A stretch of 64,000 bases of DNA, taken from NCBI GenBank assembly GCA_965113315.1, contig OZ220365.1; one strand, written 5' to 3'. Positions 50,197 through 63,514 of the stretch are shown piece by piece; position 1 is the stretch's first letter, and every line of letters begins with the position of its first letter. A program made the translations under genes and the position numbers. The notes under the pieces were generated by a model, which saw only the letters and a program-made list of their open reading frames with translations, did not search any database and had not been told where the DNA came from. The stretch comes from Podarcis vaucheri (lineage: Eukaryota).

Positions 50197-51301
50197 TATA
50201 AGGGCTTAGGTGGTCCTTAAGGTACCCTGACCAAAAGTTTTCGAGAGCTTTGTGTGTCAACTCAAGAGTGTTAAACCTGATTGTGGTAGCTTATAGGCAG
50301 CTGAGTCCTTGTCCAGAGCTTGTAACCATGGAAAGAAATCTCCATCCTCTTAACAACATAATCAAGCACATTATTATTGTACCACAGCTGCCACTTCAGG
50401 AAACTGGAGGGGTGATGATGCTGGGTTAAACCATAAAATAGGATTCCGGTCCCACTCCTAAGCATCCTTCCCCTCACATTTAGGTTAGCAAGACTGCACT
50501 TTGAACAGTGTGCTTAAGATTCTTTTAGTTTCCCATGGAATAAATGGTGGAACCTTAACAACTTCCATAACAAGAGACAAAATGGTGCCAACTTGTCTTC
50601 GCACAGCCAGATGCACCTTACTATCCCCAGCATACATCTTGTTTTGCTGAGAGGACTGCAGCACCTGAAGGGGAAAGCTAGCCATAATTTCTCATGTCTT
50701 CATCGGTTGATGAAATCTGTTCAATGGTGGCACCTGCAAACTCAGTGTGGGTGGGGTGTGTATGTGACCCTGGCCATTTCAGAAATAATAATGTTCAAGT
50801 AAGGAAGCGGTGGTATTGGAACTGTTGGAGGAACTTGATAGAAAGCGTATGCTTGCTTGGAAGACTTGACTCCCTTTAATATCACCCTTTGACCCTGAAT
50901 CCGGCAGCTAGCTATTGGGCTGAAATTGTTACAGAAGAGAGAGTATGAAATAAGATGGGCAACTCTTCATCTGTACAGTTCACAGATCATGTGATTGATT
51001 ATTGGTGAGTCAAGCCTGGGAGAGTTATGACTTTCATCCAGAAAATCATTTTAGGGACCTGTTATTGAGGCTATACTTAGCAAGAGCAGTCAGGGAATGC
51101 TCAAGTAGAAGTAGAAAAGGACACCGGTTTGTCAATATTGGTTTTGGACAGAGTGGGGGGGGGGGAGTTCAGCATTTCCCTGTCAAGCTAGGGTTACATC
51201 CGCATTGAGGTGGAGAAGTCAAGAGGGGAACCTTGAAGATGTAAGAGCTAGGACTAAATCAACACTACTGATCTTGTTCCATGTCTGCGGGTGTGTGTGT
51301 T

Positions 51302-51335
<34 letters not shown>

Positions 51336-51532
51336 CATGTAGAAGTGACTTTCCCCCTACTCTCTCTTATTTTGTTTATTTATCAACAAATTTATTTGCC
51401 AGCTGTTCAAAGATGTACTATCTTCCCATGGGGGCTTCCAACAAATAGTCCATTTAAAACCATATAAAAGATTAAGCATCACACCAATAATAATAATGAT
51501 GATGATAGCAGTAGTAAAACATTCCACTAAAA

Positions 51533-51642
51533 AAGGTAAAGGGACCCCTGACCATTAGGTCCAGTCGTGACCGACTCTGGGGTTGTGGCGCTCATCTCGC
51601 TTTATTGGCTGAGGGAGCTGGCGTACAGCTTCCGCGTCATGT
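51533..51642 (-). mobile_element. Sauria SINE 3' fragment
   Basis: AAAGGTAAAGGGACCCCTGACCATTAGGTCCAGTC... Confidence 0.85.
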
Positions 51643-51936
51643 AATTCCATCAGTCTGCCAGCACAGTGATGGCTCTTTTTACTCTTGACTGCTTATAGCG
51701 AAGACTGCTTATAGTATGAGAGAAAAGGGTCTGTAAGCAAGTTGTAAGTTAAAAGAACCTGTTGAGTTCTTATTATGGGGGCTTCAATGAGCTCATACAG
51801 TCCTCCCCTCTCCCAATTTCAGTCCTCAAAATAACTCTGTAAAGTAGGTCAGGCTGAGAGACAATGACCAGCCCAATATCACCCAGAGAGCTTCATAGCT
51901 TAGTGGGGATTTGAACCCTAGTATCCCAGGTCCTAG

Positions 51937-52285
51937 GGACGCGGATGGTGCTGTGGGTTAAACCACAGAGCCTAGGACTTGCTGATCAGAAGGTCGGAGG
52001 TTCGAATCCCTACAACGGGGTGAGCTCCTGTTGCTCGGTCCCTGCTCCTGCCAACCTAGAACGTCAAAAGCACGTCAAAGTGCAAGTAGATAAATAGGTA
52101 CCGCTCCGGCGGGAAGGTAAACAGCATGTCCGTGCACTGCTCTGGTTCGCCAGAAGCGGCTTAGTCAAGCTGGCCACATGGCCCGGAAGCTGTACGCCGG
52201 CTCCCTCTGCCAATAAAGCAAGATGAGTGCCGCAACCCCAGAGTCAGTCACGACTGGACCTAATGGTCAGGGGTCCCTTTACCTT
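51937..52285 (+). mobile_element. Sauria SINE inserted in an older MIR/Squam3-like SINE (~51780-52335, minus strand)
   Basis: 15-bp TSD TATCCCAGGTCCTAG at 51922-51936 and 52286-52300. The host's tRNA head resumes after 52300. Confidence 0.92.
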
Positions 52286-53275
52286 TATCCCAGGTCCTAG
52301 CCCAACACTCTAACCATCACACCATCGCTGGCTCATTGTTGTGCTTCTGGGTACCATTTGCCTTTCTCTTCTTTGTCTACATGTTCCCTTTGGCCTCATT
52401 TGCCCACAGCAGTCTTCCCCAACCTGGTGCCAACCAGAACACTTGTGGTCCAGAACTTTTGGAGAGCCCTCAGCTAGCCATCATTTCACAGAATCATTTT
52501 ATTCTCATTGGCTGCAGGGACTGCATAACTGCCACCCATAATATCACAATGCTGAATCTGACACAATGATGTCATGGATATTTGTAAACAAAATTGCATG
52601 GCTTGCATCAGCAAATGCGGCAGATGAAGGCAAAGAAGGAAGGTGAAACGAGCACGGGGAAAGGAACATCAAACAGGAGGGCAAAATGATGTCAGTTGGC
52701 AACAAAACGTCGCAAATGTCTGCCGAGTTAAATGTCCTCATGTTCTATTTGGCTACATTTGAAGTGTACCTTGAAAATAGAGAAAACTTAATGCTGTTTG
52801 TTGTTGTTTTTTAAATGATACTTGAATTGGGGATGGGAGAAATTTTGATTGATTATAACTGATCTAGTGAGCAGTTGTAGTTTCCTTCGCTTATTAATGT
52901 TGAGTTGCAAATGGCGGTGGACACTCCAGAAAAATCCTTGAATACTGGTTAAATTAAAACTACCCAGGATTGTAACTTGTATAAGGACAATAAGTGGCAG
53001 ATCCATTGGAACAACCCAGTTGTGGGAGCCTACTACCTACAGAAAACCAGATTGATGTAGATGAGGAGAGTGTAGCTTCTGTTTAATGCAAACCTAACTG
53101 GGCTGTTCAGTCTCATCTTGGTAAGATATGCATTCCCATACTCAGATGTGACTGGCTGGCAGTTTTTGGTCTGTCTTGACTTTTACATTTTCAGAACACA
53201 GAATTCCTCACCCGCAACACTATCTGATGGGTTGAAATCTCCAGATTAGGGTCTCTAGGTCTTATAACCTTCTGT

Positions 53276-53474
53276 CAGGGCTGGACCACCCATGAAGGTG
53301 AGGTGACCACCTTGAGTGGCAGGAACCACCGGGGCAGCAGATCCCTATGGAGATCTCTACCCCCTACATCTTGTTCCTGATGTAGATCTTCACTCACCCC
53401 TTCTTCCCTGGTGGGGAGGGCAGGCACCATTTTGTGGTTCACCCCAGGTGCCAAAATGTATTGGGCCAACCCTG
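53276..53474. mobile_element. Degraded hAT MITE
   Basis: CAGGGCTGGACCA / TGGGCCAACCCTG ends. TSD CCTTCTGT / CACTCTGT (6 of 8 match). Confidence 0.6.
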
Positions 53475-54661
53475 CACTCTGTCACAAAAGTCTGTGTGTT
53501 TGGTTCCTACACGGACTATTGCCATTAAACATATTACAACAGATGCATATCATTTGGGTTTTCTTATTTGCTTTTACAGTTCAATGGCCCAGCCAATATT
53601 TTTACAACAGACACTTGTGTGGTTATAACAATTATCCAGATGATCAGATCAAGCATTTCAGAGGAGAGGCTCTTGTCTCTGTGGTCAGAGAATGTCCAAA
53701 GGCTTAGATTGCGCCCTGCCAAATGATAGCAGGTCTTCTGCAGGCCCTGCTGAATATCCATGTAAATTCTTCTTCATTCTGGGATAATCAAGTTCTTAGA
53801 TTATAATGGCTCCTTGGGAACCATTATGGCCCATGACCTAGCAAGTAATGGGGATGTTTGGCAGCCAACTGAGTCTTCATTCCCTCTAACGTTCCCTACA
53901 GGAAAGGAGTCAGCCAATGTATCATGTGGATTTATAATGTGGGGAGGGGGTTCGGAAAATAGTCTGCTCGTTCCCATCTATTAGGAAGGGAAATCAATCG
54001 TCAGCTCTGTCTGCTTGCCTGCATTTTGCATTCCAGGTAATAAGTCATAGCTAAATCCCATTCCAAACAACTTGAGCTTGATCAGATTGAAGAGCAATTT
54101 CTGGCCTTGTAGAGTGAGCATCCATCAGTACACCCAGTGGAAGGTTTTTTAGCATGTTCAGATTGGCAAAACTGCTATAACCTCTGAAGTCCAGCTGTCA
54201 TTGCTAAAATAATTTTACTGCATTTTTCATGTGGCATAAGTAATTAGTTCAATGAGCCAAAGTCACCTTGCAGACTAATCAGAGTATTGATTATAAAGGG
54301 TATGTTTTAAATATTTGTGGTGCAAGGGGAGGGAATGGTTTAACCCTTGGGAGGATATAGCTGTAATACGAGCCTGACAATGATTTTACTTCCATTGCAT
54401 TGGAGATATCAACATATTCCTAGTTTTAGGGGTATTGTATGTTCCTTTTTCTTCATACAGACCTTAAAATATCTCAAGGAACTGATCAATGTGTATTACA
54501 TTCTGAGCACGAAGACAGAGTTTCCTGTGTGATCTCTCCATATGTATCGATAGATGATCCTCCCCCCATTCAAGTATCATTTTTTAAAAAAGCAAATATT
54601 AGAAACAGAAAAGCCTGAAACTGCAACTTTGTTCTACTTGCACCAAGTTCAGTTTATATGA

Positions 54662-54879
54662 ATGCATGCGCTGTATGTAACGACATCGCACGTGCGCTGT
54701 ACATAGCAGTTTGCTGCCGGCGCCGCTCAAGCACTGTATGGACGGTGGTGGGATCCCTCCGTCGCTGCTGCAGCCGCAAGCAGAGGATCCCAGCACCGTC
54801 TGTACAGTGCTGGAGCAGCGCCAGTGGCAAACCGCTATGGACAGCGCATGTGCGGCATCGCTATGTACGGCGCATGCAT
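54662..54879. repeat. CpG-rich imperfect inverted repeat (~95-bp arms, ~28-bp spacer)
   Basis: 54662-54756 is the reverse complement of 54785-54879, with mismatches mostly transitions at CpG sites. Confidence 0.85.
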
Positions 54880-56317
54880 CGTACGTAGCGATGCTGCACC
54901 TGTGCGCGATGCCCCGCCCCGGGTGTCACGACGCCTTTGTCCATCCCTGCTTATGGGTGGGCTGGCCCTGTCTGAAGTAGCAAAATGTCCTCCAGACACC
55001 ATCTGTGTAAGGTGTTTGTCTCTGTTGGACAAGGTCAAAGCTGTGAACATGTGGAAGAAACACATTTTTAGGACCAGGTTATGTGGTGTGTATGACTAAG
55101 TTAGGATGGTCCAGCATAATTTATTAAGGCCATCCATTTGGAAACTTATCCAGTAGATCTTATCAGCTGTTCCTTGGACATTTTCTCCAGTCACTAATGT
55201 GCTACTACATTCAGAAATTTTAAAATAAATAATACTCAGCATAAAATGGGACTGGGAGCCAGGAGGGGAGAGTTATTGACCAAAGAGGCCCCAAGAATTA
55301 TTTATCCTCCATGGTTCTAGCAAGCATGGAACATCAACACTCTGTCTGTGTCGCTGTGGTAATATGAGTTTATCAAAAGGGATCTTTACAAAGCAACTTT
55401 GGTTGAGTGAATTATTAATGGTGGAAATATAACCTTTAACTCATTGAATCTATTGTGCTGCTTTGAGCTACTCGGCCTTGCGTAAATATAATGTAACACA
55501 ATAAATCAGTGGGTAGATGCAACATTAAAGATAAGAGGCATTGTTTGAATTATGGATTGCCTGCATGAGGATCACTTAAATGTCCTATTTTGAAAGGATT
55601 CCTTGGCTCGAGAACGTGACAGTGATGCATAGCTGTGCCCAAGTTTAGCTTCATAGTGAGCGGTAGAAGGGGCAGGTGGTTTCCCTTCAAAGGCAGGGCA
55701 GATTCTGCATCTCTACTCTCTTAAAATTCTGTTCGAAACTGTTGGCATTCTTCTGTCTCAGGAGACAATGGAGGAGCATGCCTTCAGGAGTGAAGTCAAA
55801 CCATTGGAGAGTTACAGCGCCTGCTGTGGCTGTAGAGACCGATATGGAAGACACATGTTTTGTTGCAGCTGGGGCAGATGACGGTGTCCAGTTGTGCTGC
55901 TGCAGACGCACCATGGCATTTCTTCTTTCCGCATTCCTCCCGGCTGTCTTTTCATCTCTGGTCACAGCTGTGGTTGTGAACCTAGACACTGCTTAGGGAA
56001 TAAGTCCCATGATTTAAAAAAACACCCTTATTTTCAAGTGAGTGTTCATTGGATACAGCCATAGCACCTCAAAGCGTGACAGGCACAGATTATCTCTTGA
56101 CTTCTAATAGTTGGATAGAAGACTGGATTTCAGCTGGCATTGCTTCCTCCTAAAATTCCATGTTCTACACTACTGTTAAAGGTACAAGAGCCCAGTCATG
56201 TTTTTCAGCTTGTTTTGAACCTCCCAAGGTTGCTACAAATCCCGGTCATCCCTGACCATTGGCTGAGCCGGCTGGGACTGCTGGGAGTTGGAGTGGAAAA
56301 ATATCTGAGTGGGGGAC

Positions 56318-56529
56318 CAGTGCCGGATTAAATGCTGTGGAGGCCCCCAGGCAGTCAAAATCTCCTCCCCCCCAAAAAAATTAATAATCTCCTAATACAT
56401 TTTTGATTTAACCAACCAACAATTTTAATAAACCAATTTTATTACACAATAATATTTTGTCGCGGGGCCCCTAGAAGGTATGGGGCCATAGACTGGTGCC
56501 TACTCTGCCTATTTGGTAATCCAGCACTG
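56318..56529. mobile_element. hAT MITE (212 bp)
   Basis: TIR CAGTGCCGGATTA / TAATCCAGCACTG. TSD TGGGGGAC / TGGGAGAC. Confidence 0.85.
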
Positions 56530-56590
56530 TGGGAGACCTGCAGAACCCTCATCCCTCACATCTCTAACAGTCTCATAAGATCCGGCTGGT

Positions 56591-56797
56591 ACGGTAGACC
56601 CTCTGGTCATGAACTTAATTCGTTCCAGGGGTCTGCATGTACCTCGAAAAGTCTGTAACATTAGGTGCCGTTTCTGCGCACACGTGTGGCATGATAGGGT
56701 CTTCTGCACATGCATGTGGTTGCAGAGCACTTCTGCGCATGCACGCGCAGTGAAACCCAGAAGTATAACCGAAGGTAGCATAACTCGAGGGTCCACT
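56591..56797. mobile_element. Degraded Tigger-like MITE
   Basis: TA-flanked CGGTAGACCCTC ... GAGGGTCCACTA, with the AACTTAATTCGTTCC motif shared with other Tigger MITEs here. Confidence 0.65.
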
Positions 56798-59700
56798 ATA
56801 CTTGAGAACCCAATCCCATAAAAAACTTCTGGGCTTAGAATTGGGATGACCATACATAGTTTTCGCAAAATTCCTACCAGTTCTTGTTTTCCTTTAACTC
56901 TCAGATACTCCAGGCACTCTTATGCTTTGAAACTCAGTTTATGATTGTGCAGGGCTCAAGACTGCCATTTTATGTCTCTGCACTGTGGCGTTTGTTCCCA
57001 CACTCCACATGAAGGACTTTCTTATTTTTACACCACCATTTAAGTCTAAACTGAAACACTGTGTTTGAAGTGTTGCTTCCTGTTATGTGATGGAACGGAT
57101 TCTCAAGGCTCCATTTTAATCATATTTTCCTCCCCCGTTCACCTTAATGCGCTGTGTCGCATGATGGGTTTATGGGCGGCACTATATAAACGAAAGCTGC
57201 ACATTAAAAATGCTACATGTCCCAAATGCTTCTGAAAAATGTTAGCATATCAGCTGCTCTCTCAGCAGAATCTTTCTGAATGCTTTGCTGGGCCCGGGGA
57301 TTATCGAACTTGAGCTCCCATAGATCATTTTGATGGATAATAAAGTGCACAATAGTCACTATTCTATAGTTTTTCTACATGAGGAGAATGGTTCTTGCAG
57401 CTGTTATTTACTCCAACGGGCTTAAGAAGATACTTTCTACTAAGCCAGACACTTTGTCTTCCAAGCTCTGAACCATCTAATTCCAGTTCCAGGAATGGGG
57501 AACTTGTGGATAGGGAGGGCAGAGAGATTCAGTTCTATTCCCTTTAAAGGATAACTTACCTATTTATCACTTTCCAAAAACAATACACGAAGCGAAACTG
57601 AGCTATCCTTTGAAACTTCCCAAATTTTGTGATGCAGTTCACCATCTAAGTCGTGCATACAAAAAAAATGCATATACTGAGGTAAAGCGTGTGTATGAAC
57701 ATCTATTTTAGTGGAAACAACATTCTGAAAATGCATTTATATTGGGGTAAACGGCTCTATCCTTCTTCATCGTTTTGGAGAGACATCTTTCCTTACGAGT
57801 CTTGGCTATTTCTGCCTTTGCTGTGAATGTGTAGACTGAGATATATGTATCCTTCTCCTGGATCCACCCTGTTCCTCCTACATATTTGGAAGTGTTGAGC
57901 TCTGGTTATGTTTATGTTGTTAAAAAAATTAATAAAAAAATTTACACCCCCCCCCCAAATGGAAAAACGAGAAAGGGACTGGAACCGAAATTGTGGGGCT
58001 TAACATGTTGGGGTTCAATTCCACCACACCTGACCACTGGTCATGCTGGGGCTGATAGGAGTTACATTTGGTTGTGTAATAGCTGGGAGGAGAGAGTAAA
58101 TCTAGTCTGAGGGAAATAATCTCATGTAAAACTTCTCTGGGCTGTGGCCCACTCCTGACCTTAATGCCGCAGGGCTTAGGAGCCAACTCCTAGGAGCCAA
58201 GGCCCCTTCCCCCCAATAAAATATTTGAGGGGGCTGGCACCCCCAATATTTTATTCAAGTTGGCACCCCTGTTGCCTCCCACACCTTACACTGTGAGCCA
58301 CCAGCATGCGCAGCCTTTTCACATACATCGTCAAACGCCTTTTCAAAAATAATCATAACAGCTGTTCTTAGACAACTTCCTATTTAACACCTTTAGTTTC
58401 TAGTTACATTTTTGCAATATTTACTTCTTTTTGTCTGCCGTATCCCCTGTCAAGCTTTGTGTTTGTACAGGCAAACTTCCCACTTGTACTCCTTTCTGCT
58501 GTCAGGTTCTTAGTAATTAACTTTGCATTGCAATGTTCAATATTTGTGCCTTGAGGTCTGTACATCTCCTGTTTTCAGGCGGAGTGCATGTGTTCATGTG
58601 TGGTGGTGGGGGGCAGGGAATCCTCTTGTATTCTGCTCGCAACCCACACATTGATACAAGACAATAAACTTTTATTTCCCCCCTTCTCCCAGAGGCTGTT
58701 GTCATGATTTCTCCTTCCTTTTTATAGCAAAGACAGACAACAACAGTGACTCAGAAAACACTGCGCTCTGGCATGTAGGCATAAGGTGCTCTTGTAGGTA
58801 ATCATTAATCATTCCTGTTGGCTTTGTCCTGGGTCTTGTCAGCTAAGGCAGTTTGGTGATGGATAGAGTCAGTTTTCGGAATGGGGGAAGCAGCAGTGCC
58901 GCTGCTCCTTTCATGTTCCTTGCAGCTAAAACAAAGAATAACCATCAGGTCCAGGTGAGTTGGTGGAAGCAGCAGCAGCAGTGACAAAATAGCAGCAGGA
59001 GTGGTGGTCATCAGCTTTAACCTGCTTCATGAGGCCATTTCTTTAACTGGTTGATTTTAATTGAAGCTGGCCTTTCGGGGGGATACTGGTATGTTTACCT
59101 GGCTTTCTCCACAAACTGTCCAGATTGCATTGCCTCCATGACTTGGTTGGTTTGCTTTCACCAGTTCTATCAAGATTTGATGATCCATGTTGGAGCATTC
59201 AGAAGACTAATTTGGTGTTCCGAAATCCCTCCCCCCTCCAAAAACATTTTCCCCATATCTGATCTGTGTTGCCTTCAATATTATATATTCTTGTTTGTGT
59301 TACGTATTCATATATGCCGCCTTCATATATCCAAGCTCTTAGAAGTCTCAATAATATCCAAAGAGTGTAAGAGCAGGTCAGCAACTGAGCGCAGCAGTTA
59401 GGGAGTTTGTGGGATTAAATAGCTTTTCCAAAGCTTATGGTGGCCTTTAAAAGGAATTAGGCAAATTCACAAAAAGTGGATGCAGCGAAGCATAGCCGCT
59501 AACTGAAACTGAGGCTCAGAGAGAGAATTTCATTTGGCCTTCCAGATGTTGCTGGACTCTAGTGCCCATCAGGAAGGGACAGTATGACCAATGGGCAACG
59601 ACCATGGGAGTTAGAGTCCAACAGCATCTGCAGGGCCACAGCCCACCCCCACCCCATCCCTGGGATATGCATGGCACAGCACTGCTTTGAGCAAATCAAA

Positions 59701-60287
59701 CCACTTTCTTGCAATTCCAAAAGACTGTCTCTTGAAACACACAATGGCCAGTTGTTAGAGGCAGATAATTAGTCCGTAATTATCTCAAGTTTCACTTTTT
59801 TCTTTAAATGAATGACTTCCCCACCTACGTTCCCTGAAACATTGTGCAATTAGCATGTTCTACTCTTTTCTCCCTCCTCCTCCCTGCCAGGATGTGGGAA
59901 AACAACCCTTAATCTCAACCTTCAAGAAACATAAGAATAGTTGACTCCTAGACCCTGGCATCTGACAAGAAGGAAGGGTCACTTGACACCAGGCACAAAT
60001 GCGGAAGCATCTGCTCAGCCAATGCTCATGACCAGAATCCACAGCTGGTGGCAGCAGGGCTTTTGCAGGCCAGTTGGTGGAAACTGCAGGTGAGGAGAGG
60101 GCTCTTCTGCTCAGGTCCTGCTTGCAGGTTTCCCACAAGCCCATGGCTGGCCACTGGGAGAACAGGGTCCTGGACTAGACGGGCCATTAGCCCAACCCAG
60201 CAGACTCTTCTTATGTTCTTCATGCTGAGCCAGCATGATCATAGTAAGGTGGGGCAATCCTCCTGTTCACATGGACCTGTAGAACTT

Positions 60288-61020
60288 CATAGAATCATAG
60301 AATCATAGAGTTGGAAGAGACCACAAGGGCCATCGAGTCCAACCCCCTGCCAAGCAGGAAACACCATCAGAGCACTCCTGACATATGGTTGTCAAGCCTC
60401 TGCTTAAAGACCTCCAAAGAAGAAGACTCCACCACACTCCTTGGCAGCAAATTCCACTGTCAAACAGCTCTTACTGTCAGGAAGTTCTTCCTAATGTTGA
60501 GGTGGAATCTTCTTTCTTGTAGTTTGGATCCATTGCTCCGTGTCCGCTTCTCTGGAGCAGCAGAAAACAACCTTTCTCCCTCCTCTATGTGACATCCTTT
60601 TATATATTTGAACATAGCTATCATATTACCCCTTAACCTCCTCTTCTCCAGGCTAAACATACCCAGCTCCCTTAGCCGTTCCTCATAAGGCATCGTTTCC
60701 AGGCCTTTGACCATTTTGGTTGCCCTCCTCTGGACACGTTCCAGTTTGTCAGTGTCCTTCTTGAACTGTGGTGCCCAGAACTGGACACAGTACTCCAGGT
60801 GAGGTCTGACCAGAGCAGAATACAGTGGCATTATTACTTCCCTTGATCTAGATGCTATACTCCTATTGATGCAGCCCAGAATTGCATTGGCTTTTTTAGC
60901 TGCTGCGTCACACTGTTGGCTCATGTCAAGTTTGTGGTCAACCAAGACTCCTAGATCCTTTTCACATGTACTGCTCTCAAGCTGGGTATCACCCATCTTG
61001 TATTTGTGCCTCTCATTTTT
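60288..61020 (-). mobile_element. Young CR1 LINE 3' portion with ORF2 C-terminus
   Basis: ORF 60460-61179 contains [57 protein letters not shown]. (ATTCTATG)n tail. Confidence 0.96.
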
Positions 61021-61956
61021 TTTCGCTTGCTTTTTCTGTATGCTCTTCCCACTGGTTCCTTTAGGACAGAGGTGGGAAACCTGAGGCCCTTCAGATGTTG
61101 CTAGATATACCCACCAGCCCCAGCCATGGGTCAAGGGTGATGGGAGTTGTAGTCCTGGAACACCTGGGAGATCACACACAGGTTCCCCAATTTTGCTTTA
61201 GGACAGGCATCTTCAACCTTTCCAGACCCAGGACTTTTAAGGCGAACATGCATTGAGGGACCCCTTTCTTAGTCTTTTTGTCATATAGTTGCATGAAGGT
61301 AATGCTCCTGTTGTGATCCACCTTGGATCAAGATGCAACCTACCCATTAACACCCAGAGCTTTAGGGCATTTTCACCACCATTCCTGGTTAGAATCAGAG
61401 TAGAATTGTATCTTTGCTGAACAGTTTAACTCCACCCCACGTTGTGGTGGTTCTGTAAACTTCTGCCGGTTGGAGGACAACTCTGCTTCCCACCACTCCT
61501 TCTACGTTGTCCAGATGGTTTCTTTCCACCTGCTTGCAACCTCCTGCATTGCACGATTTCGATTCCCTGGCACTGCTGCCTGTTGTGCAGCCCACCTGCC
61601 GCAGCTGCTTGTTACAATTCTCCTGTCTGCCTTGGCAGCTGATTAGAATTCTCAGCTTCACAAAACAAGCTCCTTCCTCCCACTCCAACAGGCTACCGCT
61701 TTCAATGCATTCATCTTGGATGGAGGGAAGGACTGAGTTTCCCCCAAGACGCAGAGTCCCAAAACATAACTGCTGGATTAGATTCTTTTCCCGCATGCCG
61801 TGTACGAACCATTGAAGTGGCAGGTGAACGGCATCTACAGAAGAGAAAGATGAATGCAGCTTAAATCAGATAAAGGAAGGTGAACACAGATCTGTGGCAT
61901 TATTATTGTCATTTGACCCTGCACCTGTGGTTAAGGGCAACACATCTGTTTCATAT

Positions 61957-62150
61957 AATCATAGAATTGCAGAGTTGGAAGGGACCCCAAGGGTCATCCA
62001 GTCCAACCCTCTGCAATGCAGGAATCTCAACTAAATTATACATGACAGATGGCCACCCAACCTCTGCTTAAAATCCTCCAAGGAAAGAGTCTGTTCCACT
62101 GTTGAACAGCTCTTACTGTAAGAAAGTTATTGCTGATGTCTAATCAGAAT
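61957..62150 (-). mobile_element. CR1 3' end (older)
   Basis: ATCATAGAATTGCAGAGTTGGAAGGGACCCC..CCTCTGCTTAAA..AACAGCTCTTACTG. Confidence 0.8.
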
Positions 62151-62170
62151 CTGTACCCTTCTGACCCAGT

Positions 62171-62361
62171 GGGACGCAGCTGGTGCTGTGGGTTAAACCA
62201 CTGATCCTAGGGCTTGCCGATCAGAAGGTTGGTGGTTCGAATCCCCGCGACAGGGTGATAGTCATGCTGGCCACATGACCCGGAAGCTGTATGCTGGCTC
62301 CCTCAGCCAATAAAGCGAGATGAGCACCACAACCCCAGAGTTGTCTGCGACTGGACCTAAT
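62171..62361 (+). mobile_element. Sauria SINE with internal deletion
   Basis: The head joins directly to AGTCATGCTGGCCACATGACC. Confidence 0.85.
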
Positions 62362-62379
62362 GCTTCTGACACACCCTCC

Positions 62380-62655
62380 CTCTCAGTCTGCCCGGACGCT
62401 AAGGTCCAGTGCTGAGGGCCTTCTGGTGAGAAGCAAAGCTACAGGGAACCAGGCAGAGGGCCTTCTCTGTAGTAGCGCTCGCCCTGTGGAATGCCCTCCC
62501 ATCAGATGTCAAAGAGATAAACAACTACTTGACATTCAGAAGACATCTGAAGGGAGGTTTTTAATGCATGACATTTTAGTGTATTTTTGGTCTTTGTTGG
62601 AAGCCGCCCAGAGTGGCTGGGGAAACCCAGCCAGATGGGCAGGGTACAAATAATA

Positions 62656-62703
<48 letters not shown>
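62380..62703 (+). mobile_element. L2 3' end with (TAT)n tail
   Basis: Same family as 45612-45965. Confidence 0.82.
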
Positions 62704-62704
<1 letters not shown>

Positions 62705-63514
62705 TTGGAAGCCAAAGCTGCTATAGTAAGGGAGTCACATGCTCCCTGATGAACAGTCTCAGGGCAGCATTCAGAAGCAGCCGAAGTTTCTGAAGACCCT
62801 TTAGAGGCAGCCTCACACAGAGCACATTACAGTAGACGAAAAGAGATGTAACCATGTGCAGCTGTCTGCAGATCTAGCATCGCCAGGCACATGTACATTG
62901 GCTCGGGAATGTAATGAATCCCTTCTCAATGCTAAGCCTCCCTGGGTCAGCCACTGTGTGTCACACGCAGAGGGCAAACCCAGTAATGTCGCCACATAAT
63001 AACCACCCCTTTTAAAACGAGGAACTGCTGTAATGAACATTCACGAATAGTATCACTGGAAGTCTAGAGCATGCTTAATAACAGGTATCATGACCTTTTT
63101 ATAGATTATGGCTTCAATTAGGCAGAATTCTTTTGTGCAGGTGGATTTTTACACCACATTAAGGTTTCAGCTCGTTCCAAAGGAAAATCTGTAAACGTCA
63201 TTTCACTCTCTAGCTTTTCAAAGGCTGGGATATGGAATGAGCTCCCACCACAGTCTCCTTAATCCTACACTATGTAACCTTGCCCTGATATAGAGTTATC
63301 CGAATGACTATGTGTATCGCAGTGAAAAATTGACATGCACAGAAAACCTGTTTGGCAAATAAACGGAAGAATAAAGCAGGAAGTATTGCATCTGTGCTCT
63401 GGACATCTTAAGATTACAGTGCGCATGAGCTTGGTTGGTTGTCTCAAAAGGGAGATTATGAGATGGGAAAATGTACAACAGGGATGGGAAACCTGTTGTA
63501 CATTGTGTTGAAGA

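Noticed and set aside
57551-57562. Perfect minus-strand donor AG|GTAAGT
   Set aside because: It lies within a dispersed old repeat (similar to ~11830-12220), and I found no matching acceptor or open exon.
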